Source of the DNA: an uncultured Phycisphaerales bacterium
Lineage (GTDB): Bacteria > Planctomycetota > Phycisphaerae > Tepidisphaerales > Tepidisphaeraceae
Direction of reading: 5' to 3'
Length of the DNA: 64,000 nucleotides
Assembly: GCA_963755915.1 (NCBI GenBank)
Contig: CAVWLP010000002.1
Span: forward strand, 1,216,001 to 1,280,000
The position numbers were made by a program, and so were the translations under genes. This document shows positions 52,310 through 64,000 of this stretch, one piece after another; within the stretch, counting starts at the first letter, position 1; each line of letters opens with the position of its first letter. Under the pieces are notes generated by a model. That model had not been told where the DNA came from, made no database searches, and worked only from the letters and a program-made list of their open reading frames with translations.

Positions 52310-52392
52310 TTTCCTATTTCCCATTGCCTATTTAAATGCGGGGATGGAGCGTCTCTGCTGCAATAGGAAATAGGAAATAGGAAATAGGCAAT
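52309..52392. repeat. Heptamer-based inverted repeat
   Basis: atttcct/attgcct units (52309-52333) facing aggaaat units (52361-52392). Confidence 0.8.
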
Positions 52393-52444
52393 CAATCACT
52401 TGGGGTGACAAAACCATCGTGATGGATCAAAATCAAATCGACTC

Positions 52445-53053
52445 ATGGTGATGCCGCAGCATGTTTCGCTGGATCCTCGGACGCTGCTGAGTGCGTATGC
52501 GCAGGGGTTGTTTCCGATGGCGAATCGATCGGGGCGGATTCAGTGGTATACGGCGGAGCCGCGGGGGATTATTCCGCTGGATCGGTTTCATGTGCCGGGG
52601 ACGCTGAAGTCGCTGGTGAAGAAATTGCCGCATGAGGGGGGGTTTGAGGTGAGGGTTAATTTTGATTTTGAGACGACGATGCGGTCTTGTCAGCTTGAAC
52701 ATCCGGATGGGACGTGGATCAACGATGAGCTGATCGCGGCGTATGTGCGGCTGCATAAGCTGGGGAGCGCGCACAGCGTGGAGACTTGGAAGGATGGGGA
52801 GCTGGCGGGGGGGTTGTATGGGGTGAGTTTGGGGGGGGCGTTTTTTGGGGAGAGTATGTTTCACAGGGTAAGGGATGCGAGCAAGGTGGCATTGGTTCAT
52901 TTGGTGAATCGGCTGAGGGAGAGGGGGTTTGAGCTTTTGGATACGCAGGCGACGACCCCGCATTTGAGAAGGTTTGGGTGCGTGGATATTCCATCCGAGG
53001 AGTATCTGAAGCTTTTGACGAGGGCGATTAAGAGGGAGTGTGAGTTTGCGTGA
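52445..53053 (+). CDS. aat: Leucyl/phenylalanyl-tRNA--protein transferase
   Basis: LLSAYAQGLFPM, PRGII, TWI, AHSVETW, LAGGLYGV.LGGAFFGESMF, DASKVAL. Confidence 0.95.
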   Translation: MVMPQHVSLDPRTLLSAYAQGLFPMANRSGRIQWYTAEPRGIIPLDRFHVPGTLKSLVKKLPHEGGFEVRVNFDFETTMRSCQLEHPDGTWINDELIAAYVRLHKLGSAHSVETWKDGELAGGLYGVSLGGAFFGESMFHRVRDASKVALVHLVNRLRERGFELLDTQATTPHLRRFGCVDIPSEEYLKLLTRAIKRECEFA

Positions 53054-53136
53054 GGGTTAAGCGGCGCGGCGTTTGACAGGGTGAAGCGGCGAGCAAGCTC
53101 GCCGGCTACACGAAGAGTTGGGGGCGTGGGGGGAAG

Positions 53137-53481
53137 TTAGGCTTCGGGCTCGATGGTGACGGTGAGGCCCTTGGACTGGAACTGCTCCTGGTAGAGCTCT
53201 GCGCGTTCTTTGTGGGTGGTGAGGAGTAGGGCGAGTCCGCGATCGTGGGCTTCGAGCATGCGGTTCATGGCGTCCTGGCGATTGAGGGGGGTGAGCTCGA
53301 CAATCGACTGGATGACGAAGAGCATTTCGTTCTTATCATCATTGTGGAGCAGGACTTTCCACTTGGGGAGCTGGGCCGGGGGGGACTTGGCCGGGGTGGT
53401 CTGAGGCCGGGGCGCGGCGACAGCGGTAGAGGCCGTCCCTTCGGATGGCGGCGAATCGAGTTGTTTCCCCTGCTCAGGCAT
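53137..53481 (-). CDS. clpS: Clp protease adaptor ClpS
   Basis: WKVLLHNDDKN, MLEAHDRG, HKERAELY, LTVTIEP. Confidence 0.9.
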   Translation of the reverse strand: MPEQGKQLDSPPSEGTASTAVAAPRPQTTPAKSPPAQLPKWKVLLHNDDKNEMLFVIQSIVELTPLNRQDAMNRMLEAHDRGLALLLTTHKERAELYQEQFQSKGLTVTIEPEA

Positions 53482-53666
53482 GTGGTACTAATCGGTCAAA
53501 ATACGACATCGGGCCAAACAACCCCATCGAATCATAATACACTTCAAATGTTCGACAGGAAAGCGGATTTTTCGGTAATGTTACGGTGATTTAGCGCCGC
53601 GGTAGTTCAAAATAGAGAATTTATGGGGCGATAAAGGACGGAACTCGGGCTACGGTTGTAATTTTC

Positions 53667-54831
53667 ATGGATGGAAACCAGCGAATAATTGCCGGAGCGA
53701 TGAGCGGGACCAGCGCGGATGGGGTGGACGTGGCGCTGGTGAGGATTACCGGATGCGGTCTGGAAATGAGGGCGGAGCTGATGCGGTGGCATGCGAGGGC
53801 TTTTCCGCGGGAGCTTCGAGAAGCCATCTGCTGGATCAGGATGGGGGAGAAGATAGCCATTGGGGAATTGGCGCGGGTGGGGAGGGAGATTTCGATTTGT
53901 TATGCGGCGGGGATCAATGAGGCGCTGCTGATGTCGGGAGTTGGGTCGGATGAGCTTGCCGCGGTGGCGGCGCATGGGCAGACGCTTTACCACGATCCGC
54001 CTTGCACGGTTCAATGGTTTGATCCGGCACTGGTGGCGGCGGAAGTGGGGTGCGCGGTGATCAGCGATTTTCGGCGGGCGGATTGCGCGGCGGGAGGGCA
54101 GGGGCGCCGCTGGTGCCGTTCGCGGATTTTGTGCTGTTTCGAGATCCAAAGAAGAACCGGGTGCTGCTGAATATTGGGGGGATTGCGAATATTACTTATC
54201 TTCCGCGCGGCGGGGGGATTGAGGATGTGGTGGCGTTCGATACGGGGCCGGGGAATTGTATCAGTGATTATCTGGTGCGGCAGGCGGATGGGGGCGGGGC
54301 GGGACATGATGCTGGGGGAAAGATGGCGGCGAGCGGGAGGGTGATCGAGGAGATCGTGGAGGGGGTGATGGGGGATGAGTATTTTGCGAAAGGGCCGCCG
54401 AAATCTACGGATGGGAAGGGGATGATTGAAATATTCTTGAAGCACGCGGCCCCCACCCTGGCCCTCCCCCGGAGTACCAGGGGAGGGGAAGAGGGGAAAA
54501 ATCGCTGGCGGATCTTTTGAGCACGGCGTGCGCGATTACCGTAAGATCGATCATGGAATCGATGCGGCGATTTTTGAAGGCGTTTCCGGAGGAGATTTTC
54601 GTCAGCGGCGGGGGAGTGCATAATGCGACGATGATGGGAATGCTGCGAAGCGCCGCGCGTGAGTCGGTGGTGAAGACGGCGGAGGATCTGGGGATTGCGG
54701 CGGAGGCGAAGGAGGCGATGGCGTTTGCGCTGCTGGGGGCGGCGACGCTGGATGGAGTGGGGGGGAATGTGCCGAGCGCGACGGGGGCGAGGAAGAGGGT
54801 GGTGTTGGGGTCGGTGACGCCCAGGCCGTGA
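53667..54831 (+). CDS. anmK: Anhydro-N-acetylmuramic acid kinase (two frameshifts, REP insertion)
   Basis: GAMSGTSADGVD, HGQTLYH, DFRRAD.AAGGQGAPLVP, LNIGGIANIT, FDTGPGN, PPKST, SGGGVHN, KEAMAFA. Confidence 0.93.
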
Positions 54832-54842
54832 GGGGAAATCTT

Positions 54843-54897
54843 AAATCCGAAATCCGAAGTCCGAATGACGAATCAAACTCGAAATCCGAATGACGAA
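54843..54897 (+). repeat. Heptamer (aatccga/aatgacg) repeat tract between anmK and murQ
   Basis: aaatccgaaatccgaagtccgaatgacgaatcaaactcgaaatccgaatgacgaa. Confidence 0.75.
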
Positions 54898-55809
54898 AGG
54901 GGGGCGGTGGTGGATCGATCGCATTTGCTCACGGAGCGGCGACTCGCGGAGTCGGTGAATCTGGATCGGCTTCCGGTTGCGGAGGCGCTGGCGATTTTTA
55001 ATGAGCAGGATGCGATCGCGGTGAGGGCGGTGGGTTCGCAACAGGAGCAGATTGCGCGGGCGATTGAAATCGTGGCGGGGGCGCTGGGGGCGGGGGGAAG
55101 GCTGATTTATGTGGGGGCGGGGACGAGCGGAAGGCTGGGAGTGCTGGATGCGGCGGAATGTCCGCCGACGTTTGGGGTCGATCCGAATATGGTGCAGGGG
55201 ATTATCGCGGGGGGGCCGTCGGCGGTTTTCCGGTCGGTCGAAGGGGCGGAGGATCGGGGGGAGTATGGGGCGGCGGCGATGGATGAGGCGAAGGTGGGGA
55301 AATTGGATGTGGTGATGGGGATCGCGGCGGGGGGGACTACGCCGTTTGTGCGCGGGGCGGTGGAGAGGGCGCGGGAGGTGGGGGCGAAGACGATTTTTTT
55401 GTGCTGCGTGGGTCAGACGCCGGGGGAGCCGGCGGTTGACGTGGTGATCCGGCCGCTGACGGGGGCGGAGATTTTGACGGGATCGACGCGGCTGAAAGCG
55501 GGGACGGCGACGAAGCTGGTGCTGAATCAGATTACGACACTGAGCATGGTGCGGCTGGGGAAGGTTTATGAGAATTTGATGGTGGATTTGAAGGCGACGA
55601 ATGCGAAATTGCGGGATCGGGCGGTGAGGATTGTGGCGACGTTGTGCGGGTTGTCGCGAGAGGAGGCGATGGGAGTGCTGGAATTGGCGGGGGGGGAAGT
55701 GAAGATGGCGATTGTGATGAAGAGACGTTCGGTTGATAAAAGGGAAGCGGCGGAGCTGCTGCGAAAGACCGCGGGGAATTTAAGGGAGGCGCTTTCGGGT
55801 CAGCGCTGA
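54865..55809 (+). CDS. murQ: N-acetylmuramic acid 6-phosphate etherase
   Basis: LTERR, YVGAGTSGRLGVLDAAECPPTFG, EGAED, TGSTRLKAGTATKLVLN, NLMVD; the true start may be slightly downstream. Confidence 0.95.
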   Translation: MTNQTRNPNDERGAVVDRSHLLTERRLAESVNLDRLPVAEALAIFNEQDAIAVRAVGSQQEQIARAIEIVAGALGAGGRLIYVGAGTSGRLGVLDAAECPPTFGVDPNMVQGIIAGGPSAVFRSVEGAEDRGEYGAAAMDEAKVGKLDVVMGIAAGGTTPFVRGAVERAREVGAKTIFLCCVGQTPGEPAVDVVIRPLTGAEILTGSTRLKAGTATKLVLNQITTLSMVRLGKVYENLMVDLKATNAKLRDRAVRIVATLCGLSREEAMGVLELAGGEVKMAIVMKRRSVDKREAAELLRKTAGNLREALSGQR

Positions 55810-56942
55810 TCGATCGGCACGGTTTTGAGTCCCATCGGGCCGTGATAATCGTCCTGGGGGCGGATGATGCGGTTGTTGCTGTGCTGCTCCATGATGTGGG
55901 CGGTCCAGCCGGCGATTCTTGCGATGGCGAAGATAGGGGTGTAGAGGTCGATGGGGATGCCCATGGTGTAGTAGGCGCTGGCGCTGAAGAAATCGACGTT
56001 GGGGTCTTTGTTCTTCATTTCCTTGACGACGGGGATGAGCCGCTCGGACATTTCATACCACTTGGAGTTTCCGGCGGCTTCGCCGAGCTGTTTGCTCATT
56101 TTGCGGAGGAAGGCGGCGCGTGGATCGAAGGTTTTGTAGACGCGGTGACCGAAGCCGGGGACTTTTTCGCCGCTGGAGAGCATGGCGCGGACTTTTTTGA
56201 CGGCGGTTTCGGCGCTGCCGCAATCGAGGAGGAGCTGCATGACTTCCTGGTTGGCGCCGCCATGGAGGGGACCCTTGAGCGCGGCGATGGCCGCGGTGAC
56301 GGCGGCGTGCATGTCGGCGAGGGTGGCGGCGGTGACTCGGGCGGCGAAGGTGCTGGCGTTAAAGCCGTGCTCGGCGTGGAGGACCAGGGCGGCGTCGAGG
56401 ACGCGCACGAGGGTGTCGTGCGGGTGGGAGCCGGTGAGCATGTGCAGAAAGTTGGCGGCGATGGAAATGCCGGGGTCGGGCTCGATCAGTTTCTGGTTGT
56501 TGCGCAGGCGGTGGAAGGCGGCGACGATTGTCGGAAATTGAGCGGTGAGGCGGATGGCTTTTCGAAGGTTGGCGGCGGGTTCGTTGCTTTGAAGATCGGG
56601 GTCGGTGCTGCTGAGGGAGCTGACGGCGGTGCGAAGGGCGTCCATCGGCTCGGTGGAGGCGGGGAGGGCGCGGAGGATGGCCAGCGTGTGGCCGGGGAGG
56701 GTGGCGTGGGCGCCGAGATCGGATTTAAGTTTTGAAAGCTCGGAGCGGTTGGGGAGCTTGTTGGACCAGAGGAGGTAGGCGGTTTCCTCGAAGGAGGGGT
56801 TTTCGACGAGGTCGCCGATGTCGTAGCCGCGGTAGACCAATTTGCCGGCGGAGCCGTCGATGAAACAGATTTCGCTGGGTGCTGCGACGACGCCTTCAAG
56901 TCCGCCCGGATTTTTTGCTGGAGACGAAACCACCTGAGTCAT
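55800..56942 (-). CDS. Citrate synthase (type I)
   Basis: GLEGVVA, LVYRGY, LHAEHGFNASTFAAR, LKGPLHGGAN, PGFGHRVYK..DPR, PNVDF. Confidence 0.95.
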   Translation of the reverse strand: MTQVVSSPAKNPGGLEGVVAAPSEICFIDGSAGKLVYRGYDIGDLVENPSFEETAYLLWSNKLPNRSELSKLKSDLGAHATLPGHTLAILRALPASTEPMDALRTAVSSLSSTDPDLQSNEPAANLRKAIRLTAQFPTIVAAFHRLRNNQKLIEPDPGISIAANFLHMLTGSHPHDTLVRVLDAALVLHAEHGFNASTFAARVTAATLADMHAAVTAAIAALKGPLHGGANQEVMQLLLDCGSAETAVKKVRAMLSSGEKVPGFGHRVYKTFDPRAAFLRKMSKQLGEAAGNSKWYEMSERLIPVVKEMKNKDPNVDFFSASAYYTMGIPIDLYTPIFAIARIAGWTAHIMEQHSNNRIIRPQDDYHGPMGLKTVPIDQR

Positions 56943-57255
56943 GCAAACTCCGATCAACCAAAATCGCGAGGTTCCACCGCAAATGCGAGGGTTCCGGCGG
57001 ACTATAGCGGTGGGGGGGAGGGGTCGTCAATTCAAAAGTGGGGGTTGCGGCAAAGTGTTTGGGGGCGGATATTTGGGGCCTGAAAACGGGGCGAAAGCAA
57101 GTCAATGGTGAGGGTTGCAAGGGGTGTGAGGGAGGCGGGTTCGGGGAGGTAAACGGCGAAGATTACGCTGTCGGAATTCTGTCTGCTGGAGGCGGCGACG
57201 GGGCGGGCGGATTAGGCTTGACGAAGTCGGGGTCGATTGGGCAACCTAGCTGGCC

Positions 57256-57594
57256 ATGGAACCCACACTATTTTCAAAGATCATCGATCGGAAGATTCCG
57301 GCGAAGGTGGCGTATGAGGATGAGCGATATATTGCGATCTATGACATCAGCCCTCAGGCGCCGGTGCATTTTCTGGTGATTACCAAGAAGGTGATTCCGA
57401 CGCTGAATGATCTGAAGCCGGGGGATGCGGAGCTGGTGGGGGGGATGTTTCTGGTGGCGGCGCAATTGATGAAGCAGATGGGGCATAGCGATTATCGAAC
57501 GGTCTTTAACTGCGGGCCGGGGGCGAATCAGACGGTTTTTCATCTGCATTTGCATGTGCTGGCGGGGAGGGAGTTTGGGTGGCCACCGGGGTGA
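57256..57594 (+). CDS. Histidine triad (HIT) nucleotide-binding protein
   Basis: LFSKII..KIPA, DISPQAPVH, QTVFHLHLHVLAGR..WPPG. Confidence 0.95.
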   Translation: MEPTLFSKIIDRKIPAKVAYEDERYIAIYDISPQAPVHFLVITKKVIPTLNDLKPGDAELVGGMFLVAAQLMKQMGHSDYRTVFNCGPGANQTVFHLHLHVLAGREFGWPPG

Positions 57595-57694
57595 CCCTGG
57601 ATACGGAATCGCGACTCTTGGGGGGTGCGAAACGCACCCCTGCGGGGTTGCGACTAAACGGGGAGGGGTATTTCTCACGAGTGTGGTCATCGAA

Positions 57695-58657
57695 TCAGCC
57701 GGCGCCGCCGATGAGGATGCCGGCGAGAAAGACAAGCACGCCGCCGACGATGACCTGGAAGGCGGCGGAGAGGAAGGGGGTGTCCATGTAATGGTTGCGG
57801 ATATAGCTGATGACCAGCAGCTCGATGGCGACGACGATGACGGCGACGGCGGTGGCGGTGTGGAAGCTGGGGATGAGAAAGGGCATGGTGTGGCCGATGC
57901 CGCCGGCGGTGGTCATCAGGCCGCAGACGATGCCGCGGAGGAGGGGTTTTCCGCGGCCGGTGAGTGAGCCATCGTCGCTGGCGGATTCCGCGAAGCCCAT
58001 GGAGATTCCCGCGCCGACGCTGGCGGCGAGGCCGACGCGGAAGGCGTCGTGGGAACTTTGGGTGGCGAAGGCGGCGGCAAAGAGGGGGGCGAGGGTGGAG
58101 ACGGAGCCGTCCATCAAGCCGGCCAATCCCGGCTGGACGACCTGGAGGACGAAGAGCCGGCGGGTGGCTTCGTCCTCGGCATTTTCGGCGGCCGGAGTCA
58201 GGTTTTTTTCGGTCAGGGATTCAGCGAGCTGCTCGTGGCCGCGCTCGGCCTGGGCGAGGTCGAGCAGCAACTGGCGGGTGGAGACATCCGACACTTTCTC
58301 GGCGGATTTTTCGTAAAAGAGGCGGGTTTCCAATTCCATCGATTCGGCGAGCTTGCGGACGGATTTGATGGGAAGCACGCGCGTTGTCCAGACGGGGCGG
58401 CGGTTGACGAAGCCTTTGACGTCGCCGCGGCGGAGGAGGGGAATGTGCTCGCCGAAACGCTGGCGGTAGATTTCGGTGAGGCGGCGGTGGTGCTCGACTT
58501 CCTCGGCGCGCATGCCGTCGAAAACTTTGGCGGTGGAGGGGTTGTCGGTGCTGAGGCGCGTGGCGATGTCGGCGTAGATTCTGGCGTCTTCTTCTTCAGA
58601 GGAGATGGCGACGGCGAGGATTTCCTGTTCGGTGAGGTCGATGAAGCGTTTGGGCAT
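57695..58657 (-). CDS. mbfA: Iron exporter MbfA (rubrerythrin + VIT1/CCC1)
   Basis: LTEQEILAVAISSEEEDARIY, VQPGLAGLMDGSVSTLAP, VGAGISMGFAE, GGIGHTMPF. Confidence 0.92.
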   Translation of the reverse strand: MPKRFIDLTEQEILAVAISSEEEDARIYADIATRLSTDNPSTAKVFDGMRAEEVEHHRRLTEIYRQRFGEHIPLLRRGDVKGFVNRRPVWTTRVLPIKSVRKLAESMELETRLFYEKSAEKVSDVSTRQLLLDLAQAERGHEQLAESLTEKNLTPAAENAEDEATRRLFVLQVVQPGLAGLMDGSVSTLAPLFAAAFATQSSHDAFRVGLAASVGAGISMGFAESASDDGSLTGRGKPLLRGIVCGLMTTAGGIGHTMPFLIPSFHTATAVAVIVVAIELLVISYIRNHYMDTPFLSAAFQVIVGGVLVFLAGILIGGAG

Positions 58658-58806
58658 TGGGGCTCCGAGAAGGTGGAAGGGGCGGGGGATTTTATCAAAT
58701 TGTGAGGGACGAAGGGATTTTTGAAAGGGCGGAGCGGCGAGCCGTTCGGCGGGCTCACGGCGAGCAAGCTCGCCGGCTACACGGGATACAAGGGGGTATA
58801 CGGGGG

Positions 58807-60500
58807 TTACTTTACCGCGGGCTGCTGCTGGAGGGCTTTTCTTACTTCGCTGAGGAGTTGCTCTACGCGGAAGGGTTTGAAGAGGACGGCCTGGAGGCCC
58901 TCCTGGCTGGCGCGGACGATGCTGTGGTTGGGGTCGTAGCCGAAGCCGGTCATGAGGATGACGGGGGTGATGGTGTTTTTCTTGTGCGCGGCGGCGAAGA
59001 CGTCGTAGCCGTTTTTGTCGGGCATTTTGATGTCGCTGATGACCAAATCGAACGTGGTTTGTTCGACGAGGGTGATGGCTTCGCAGCCGCAGGCGGCGAT
59101 GGTGACGCGGGCGTGATATTTGCGGAGGACGTCGCTGATGGTGTTGCGGATGTTGGGCTCGTCGTCGGCGACGAGGATGCTCATGTTGCTGATGATCGGG
59201 TCATCGGCGCCTTTGACGTCGCCGGTGCCGAGGATGGTTTTGGGGCCTTCGGCGGCCTGGCGGAGGCTTTTGCGGATGGTGCCGACGTTGTCGAGGATCT
59301 GCTGGAGGCGGAGGCGGAGGTCTTCCTGGCCGATGTATTCGTCGATCAGGGCGTTGGCATCGGAGGCGATGTCGTTCAGGGGTCCGGCGACTTCGCTGCA
59401 GACGTCGTCGGCGACTTTGTGGCTGGTGCTGACGCGCTCGACGACCATGAGGTCGAGAATGTTGAGGGCAATGGCGACGTAGCGGCCGAAGATTTCGGCG
59501 AACTGGCGGTCGTCTTCGTTGAAGGCGGCGCGCTGGCGGCTTTCGATATTGAAGATGCCGATGACCTTGTCGTGCAGGCGAAGGGGAACGGTGAGGCTGC
59601 TCTTGGCGCTGTCGAGGCCGACGACGTAGCGCGGATCGCGGTCGACGTCGGGGCAGATGTAGCTTCGGCCGGTGGCGGCGACGTAGCCGCTGATTCCGTT
59701 GCCCTCGGTTTCGGCGAGAAGGTCGATGGCGCAGCGCTTCGGGGGCAAGGCCGGCGCTGATGACCAGCTCTAGCTTGTTGTTCTTGCGGTCGAGCAGGCG
59801 GATGGCGAAATGATCGAAATGCATCAGCTCGCGCGTGAAGCTGATGATTTTTTCCTCGAGGAGCTTGAGGCGCTGGCCGACGTTGAGCTTGCTCATGGCG
59901 TCGCCTTCGAGGCGGACGAGCTCGCGGCCGGCCTTGTCGATGGCGTCGATTTTCTGCTGTAGGCGGCGGGTGCCGGTGGCGTCCCAGACGACGGCGACGA
60001 CCTGCACGACCTGCCCGCGCGGATTGATCACCGGGCTGGCGATCAGTTCCATGTATTGCTGGTCTTCGATATTCAGAGCGTAACGTTTTGATCGGCTGAA
60101 GGCGGGGGCGTCGGGGGTTTGCGGGGAGACTTGCTTGCTGAAGAGGTCGAAGGCTTCCTGACACGTGCGGCGGATTTTTTCGTGGATCCTCGCGGGCCAG
60201 GCCTGCATCTTTTTGTTCATCCAGTTGGAGCGGCCTTCGCGATCGACGATGCAGACGCCTTCGCCGATGGTGTTGAGGATAAGGTTTGCCTGCTGGCTGA
60301 TGAGGGCGCGTTCGAGGGGGAGGAAATCGGAGGCTTCGGAGAAGATGGCGGAGAACTGATCGGTTTTGATCAGTTCGATGGCTTTGTCGATGGAGTCGAC
60401 CTGCTCGACCTCGCAACGCGATTTGAGACCCTCGATAGCGGCAGCGTTAGCTGCTCGAGGGACCGCCTAAGACCAAAACTTTATTCCGCGGAAGTTCCAA
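58807..60500 (-). CDS. GAF + receiver signalling protein (frameshifted; start uncertain)
   Basis: GEGVCIVD PAS-like part, GAF (GISGYVAATGRSY..PDV, VPL....VIG..NIES), C-terminal receiver (VADDE, SDIKMPD, MTGFG, KPF). Confidence 0.8.
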
Positions 60501-60656
60501 ACCTAAATTCCCGCTTCTAGAGGCCGTTGTATTGTAGGCTGTATTGTAGATTGTGAAACATTTCTCAGTCAATTTAAAACTGGCGTGGCGACGGGGTTAT
60601 CGGGCTATTTTTTTGGGTGATGGGGCAGGGTGCGGGATTTGACGATGATGAGGGAT

Positions 60657-60735
60657 GAGTTGCGGGTTGCGAGTCGCCAGTTGCGAGTGAAATACGCGGT
60701 ATTTGCTCGCAACTCGCAACTTGTAGCCCGCAACC
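60657..60735. repeat. Heptamer-based inverted repeat upstream of glmS
   Basis: gttgcga/gttgcgg units facing tcgcaac/ccgcaac units. Confidence 0.8.
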
Positions 60736-60821
60736 TGGTTCTATAACCAGTTCTTGTCCCGGTTCCGAATGCGGTTACACTGAAATGAGGGGAAATGGTT
60801 GTTGCAGCAGGAGATAATTAA

Positions 60822-62697
<1,876 letters not shown>

Positions 62698-62865
62698 AAT
62701 CCTGATTGCCGGGTTTGGGTGAGGGTCTGGTTAGAAATCTGACGCACCGGCGGCCCTCACCCGCGCGGGCTTTGGCCCGCTTGCCCTCTTCCGGGGTACC
62801 GGGAGAGGGGAAACGCGCGGAATTTGCAGCATGGGATGCGGGCGGGGTATTTTTTCCTGCGTTCC

Positions 62866-64000
62866 ATGAATATCGGGTGGGCTCCAATTCGCCGAGTTTC
62901 GCAATTTGTGCGGCAGCGTCCGGGTGTCGCATTTACGCTTCTTCTGATTCTGGGGATTGCGCTTGGCGGGGTGCTGGCGGTCAAACCTGCGGTGTGGCTG
63001 GCGCTGGCGACGGGGTTTTTGATTTTGACGATTGTGAGCCGGCGGGTTTTTGTGGTTGGGGCGGCGATTGTTTTTGTGGGGATATCCGCGGCGCAGATCG
63101 CGCGGTTTCAGTTTCCATCCGATTCGATTGGTAATTTTGCGACGGATTCGGAGCGTTTGGCACAGATCGAGGCGCGGATCGACGATCCGCCGCGATTGCT
63201 CCTCTCTTCGGCGGCGGGGCTTCGACTGGCGCCGCCGAAACAGACGGCGACTGCGTCGGTGCGGGCGGTGCGGACGACAAGCGGGTGGGAAGAGGCGTCG
63301 GGGAAGATTGCGATCACGATTGAGGAGCCGAATATTCTTCTGCGGGCCGGGCAGACGGTGCGGATGATCGGGATGCTGCAGCGGCCCGGTGGGGCGATGA
63401 ATCCGGGGGAGTTTGATTACGCGGCGTGGTGCAGGCAGCAGCGGATTTTGGCGACGGTTCGGGTGAGCCATGCGGAGGGAGTACAGATTCTGGCGGAGCC
63501 CTGGCCGCAGCCGATGCTGTGGCTGCGGCGGAAGACGCGGCGATCTGCTGGCGGAGGGGTTTGACGAACGACAGACGTATGACCAGTCGCTGCTGCGGGC
63601 GTTTGTGCTGGGGGATAGCGATCCGGAGCTTGCGGACCTGGACGACAAATTCGTCCGCACGGGTATGGTTCATTATCTCGTCGTCAGCGGATTGCACGTG
63701 GCGATCGTGGGAGAATTCGCGCTGCTGATTTGCCGGCTTCTGCGGCGTTCGCCGCGGACTTCGGCGATGATCGCGCTGGGGGTGGTGGTGTTTTATGCGA
63801 TGGTGGCAAATCCAACCTGGCCGGGGTGGCGGTCGATCATTCTGTGCGCCTCGGCGACGGCGGGGCTGCTTTTTCGCCGGGCGGTGGATGCGCTGCACAA
63901 TTTCGCGCTGGGCGTGGCGGCGGTGCTGCTGATTCATCCGGCCGACCTGGGGGAGGGAGGGTTTCAGGTGAGTTGCGCGGCGGTGCTGGGATTCATTCTT
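62866..64000 (+). CDS. comEC: ComEC/Rec2 competence protein (partial, frameshifted)
   Basis: MNPGEFDYAAW, then in another frame FVRTGMVHYLVVSGLHVAI and GFQVS..AV; runs off the window. Confidence 0.88.

Noticed and set aside
52445-53481. aat-clpS pairing as a novel system
   Set aside because: Established N-end rule pathway linkage
60520-60821. glmS ribozyme upstream of glmS
   Set aside because: No AGCGCC core or recognisable catalytic fold; the region holds a heptamer inverted repeat instead

Overview
GC-rich bacterial chromosomal window, most likely from a planctomycete of Phycisphaerae/Tepidisphaerales type. This is inferred from mreCD plus anmK-murQ, PEP-CTERM proteins, and CxxCGYxLxxL-CPECG zinc-ribbon membrane proteins. 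Many genes, including essential cysS and glmS, are broken by small frameshifts that look like long-read indel errors. The backbone is housekeeping and envelope genes: mreCD, AlgI/AlgJ-type O-acetylation genes, ispA-dxs, a PEGA/PD40 lipoprotein, GT39-AsmA-GH35, trmL, csp, an NtrC-type two-component system with ispF-cysS, aat/clpS, anmK-murQ, citrate synthase, mbfA, glmS and comEC. Three complete insertion sequences have visible terminal repeats and target duplications: IS4-family (1732-3221), IS21-family (32766-35646) and a 3.25-kb IS1-family element with passenger genes (35771-39025). Best candidates for something new: (1) a family of about 24-bp palindromic mini-insertions that land in the loops of REP hairpins (filled and empty sites both visible) and in frame in IS21 genes, one amplified six times; (2) the IS1-family cargo transposon, carrying a Lit/M48-like HExxH protease, a phage ABA-sandwich-like protein and an RHH regulator behind a symmetric bidirectional promoter; (3) a 114-bp non-coding module present three times, with an ECF-promoter-like head and a foldable tail; (4) a tandem pair of membrane-anchored dynamin-like GTPases; (5) a low-GC islet with a tRNA 3-prime fragment, a class III cyclase-like gene and a perfect 48-bp palindrome, lying at a strong GC-skew switch. 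All family calls are by motif recognition only; no searches were run.
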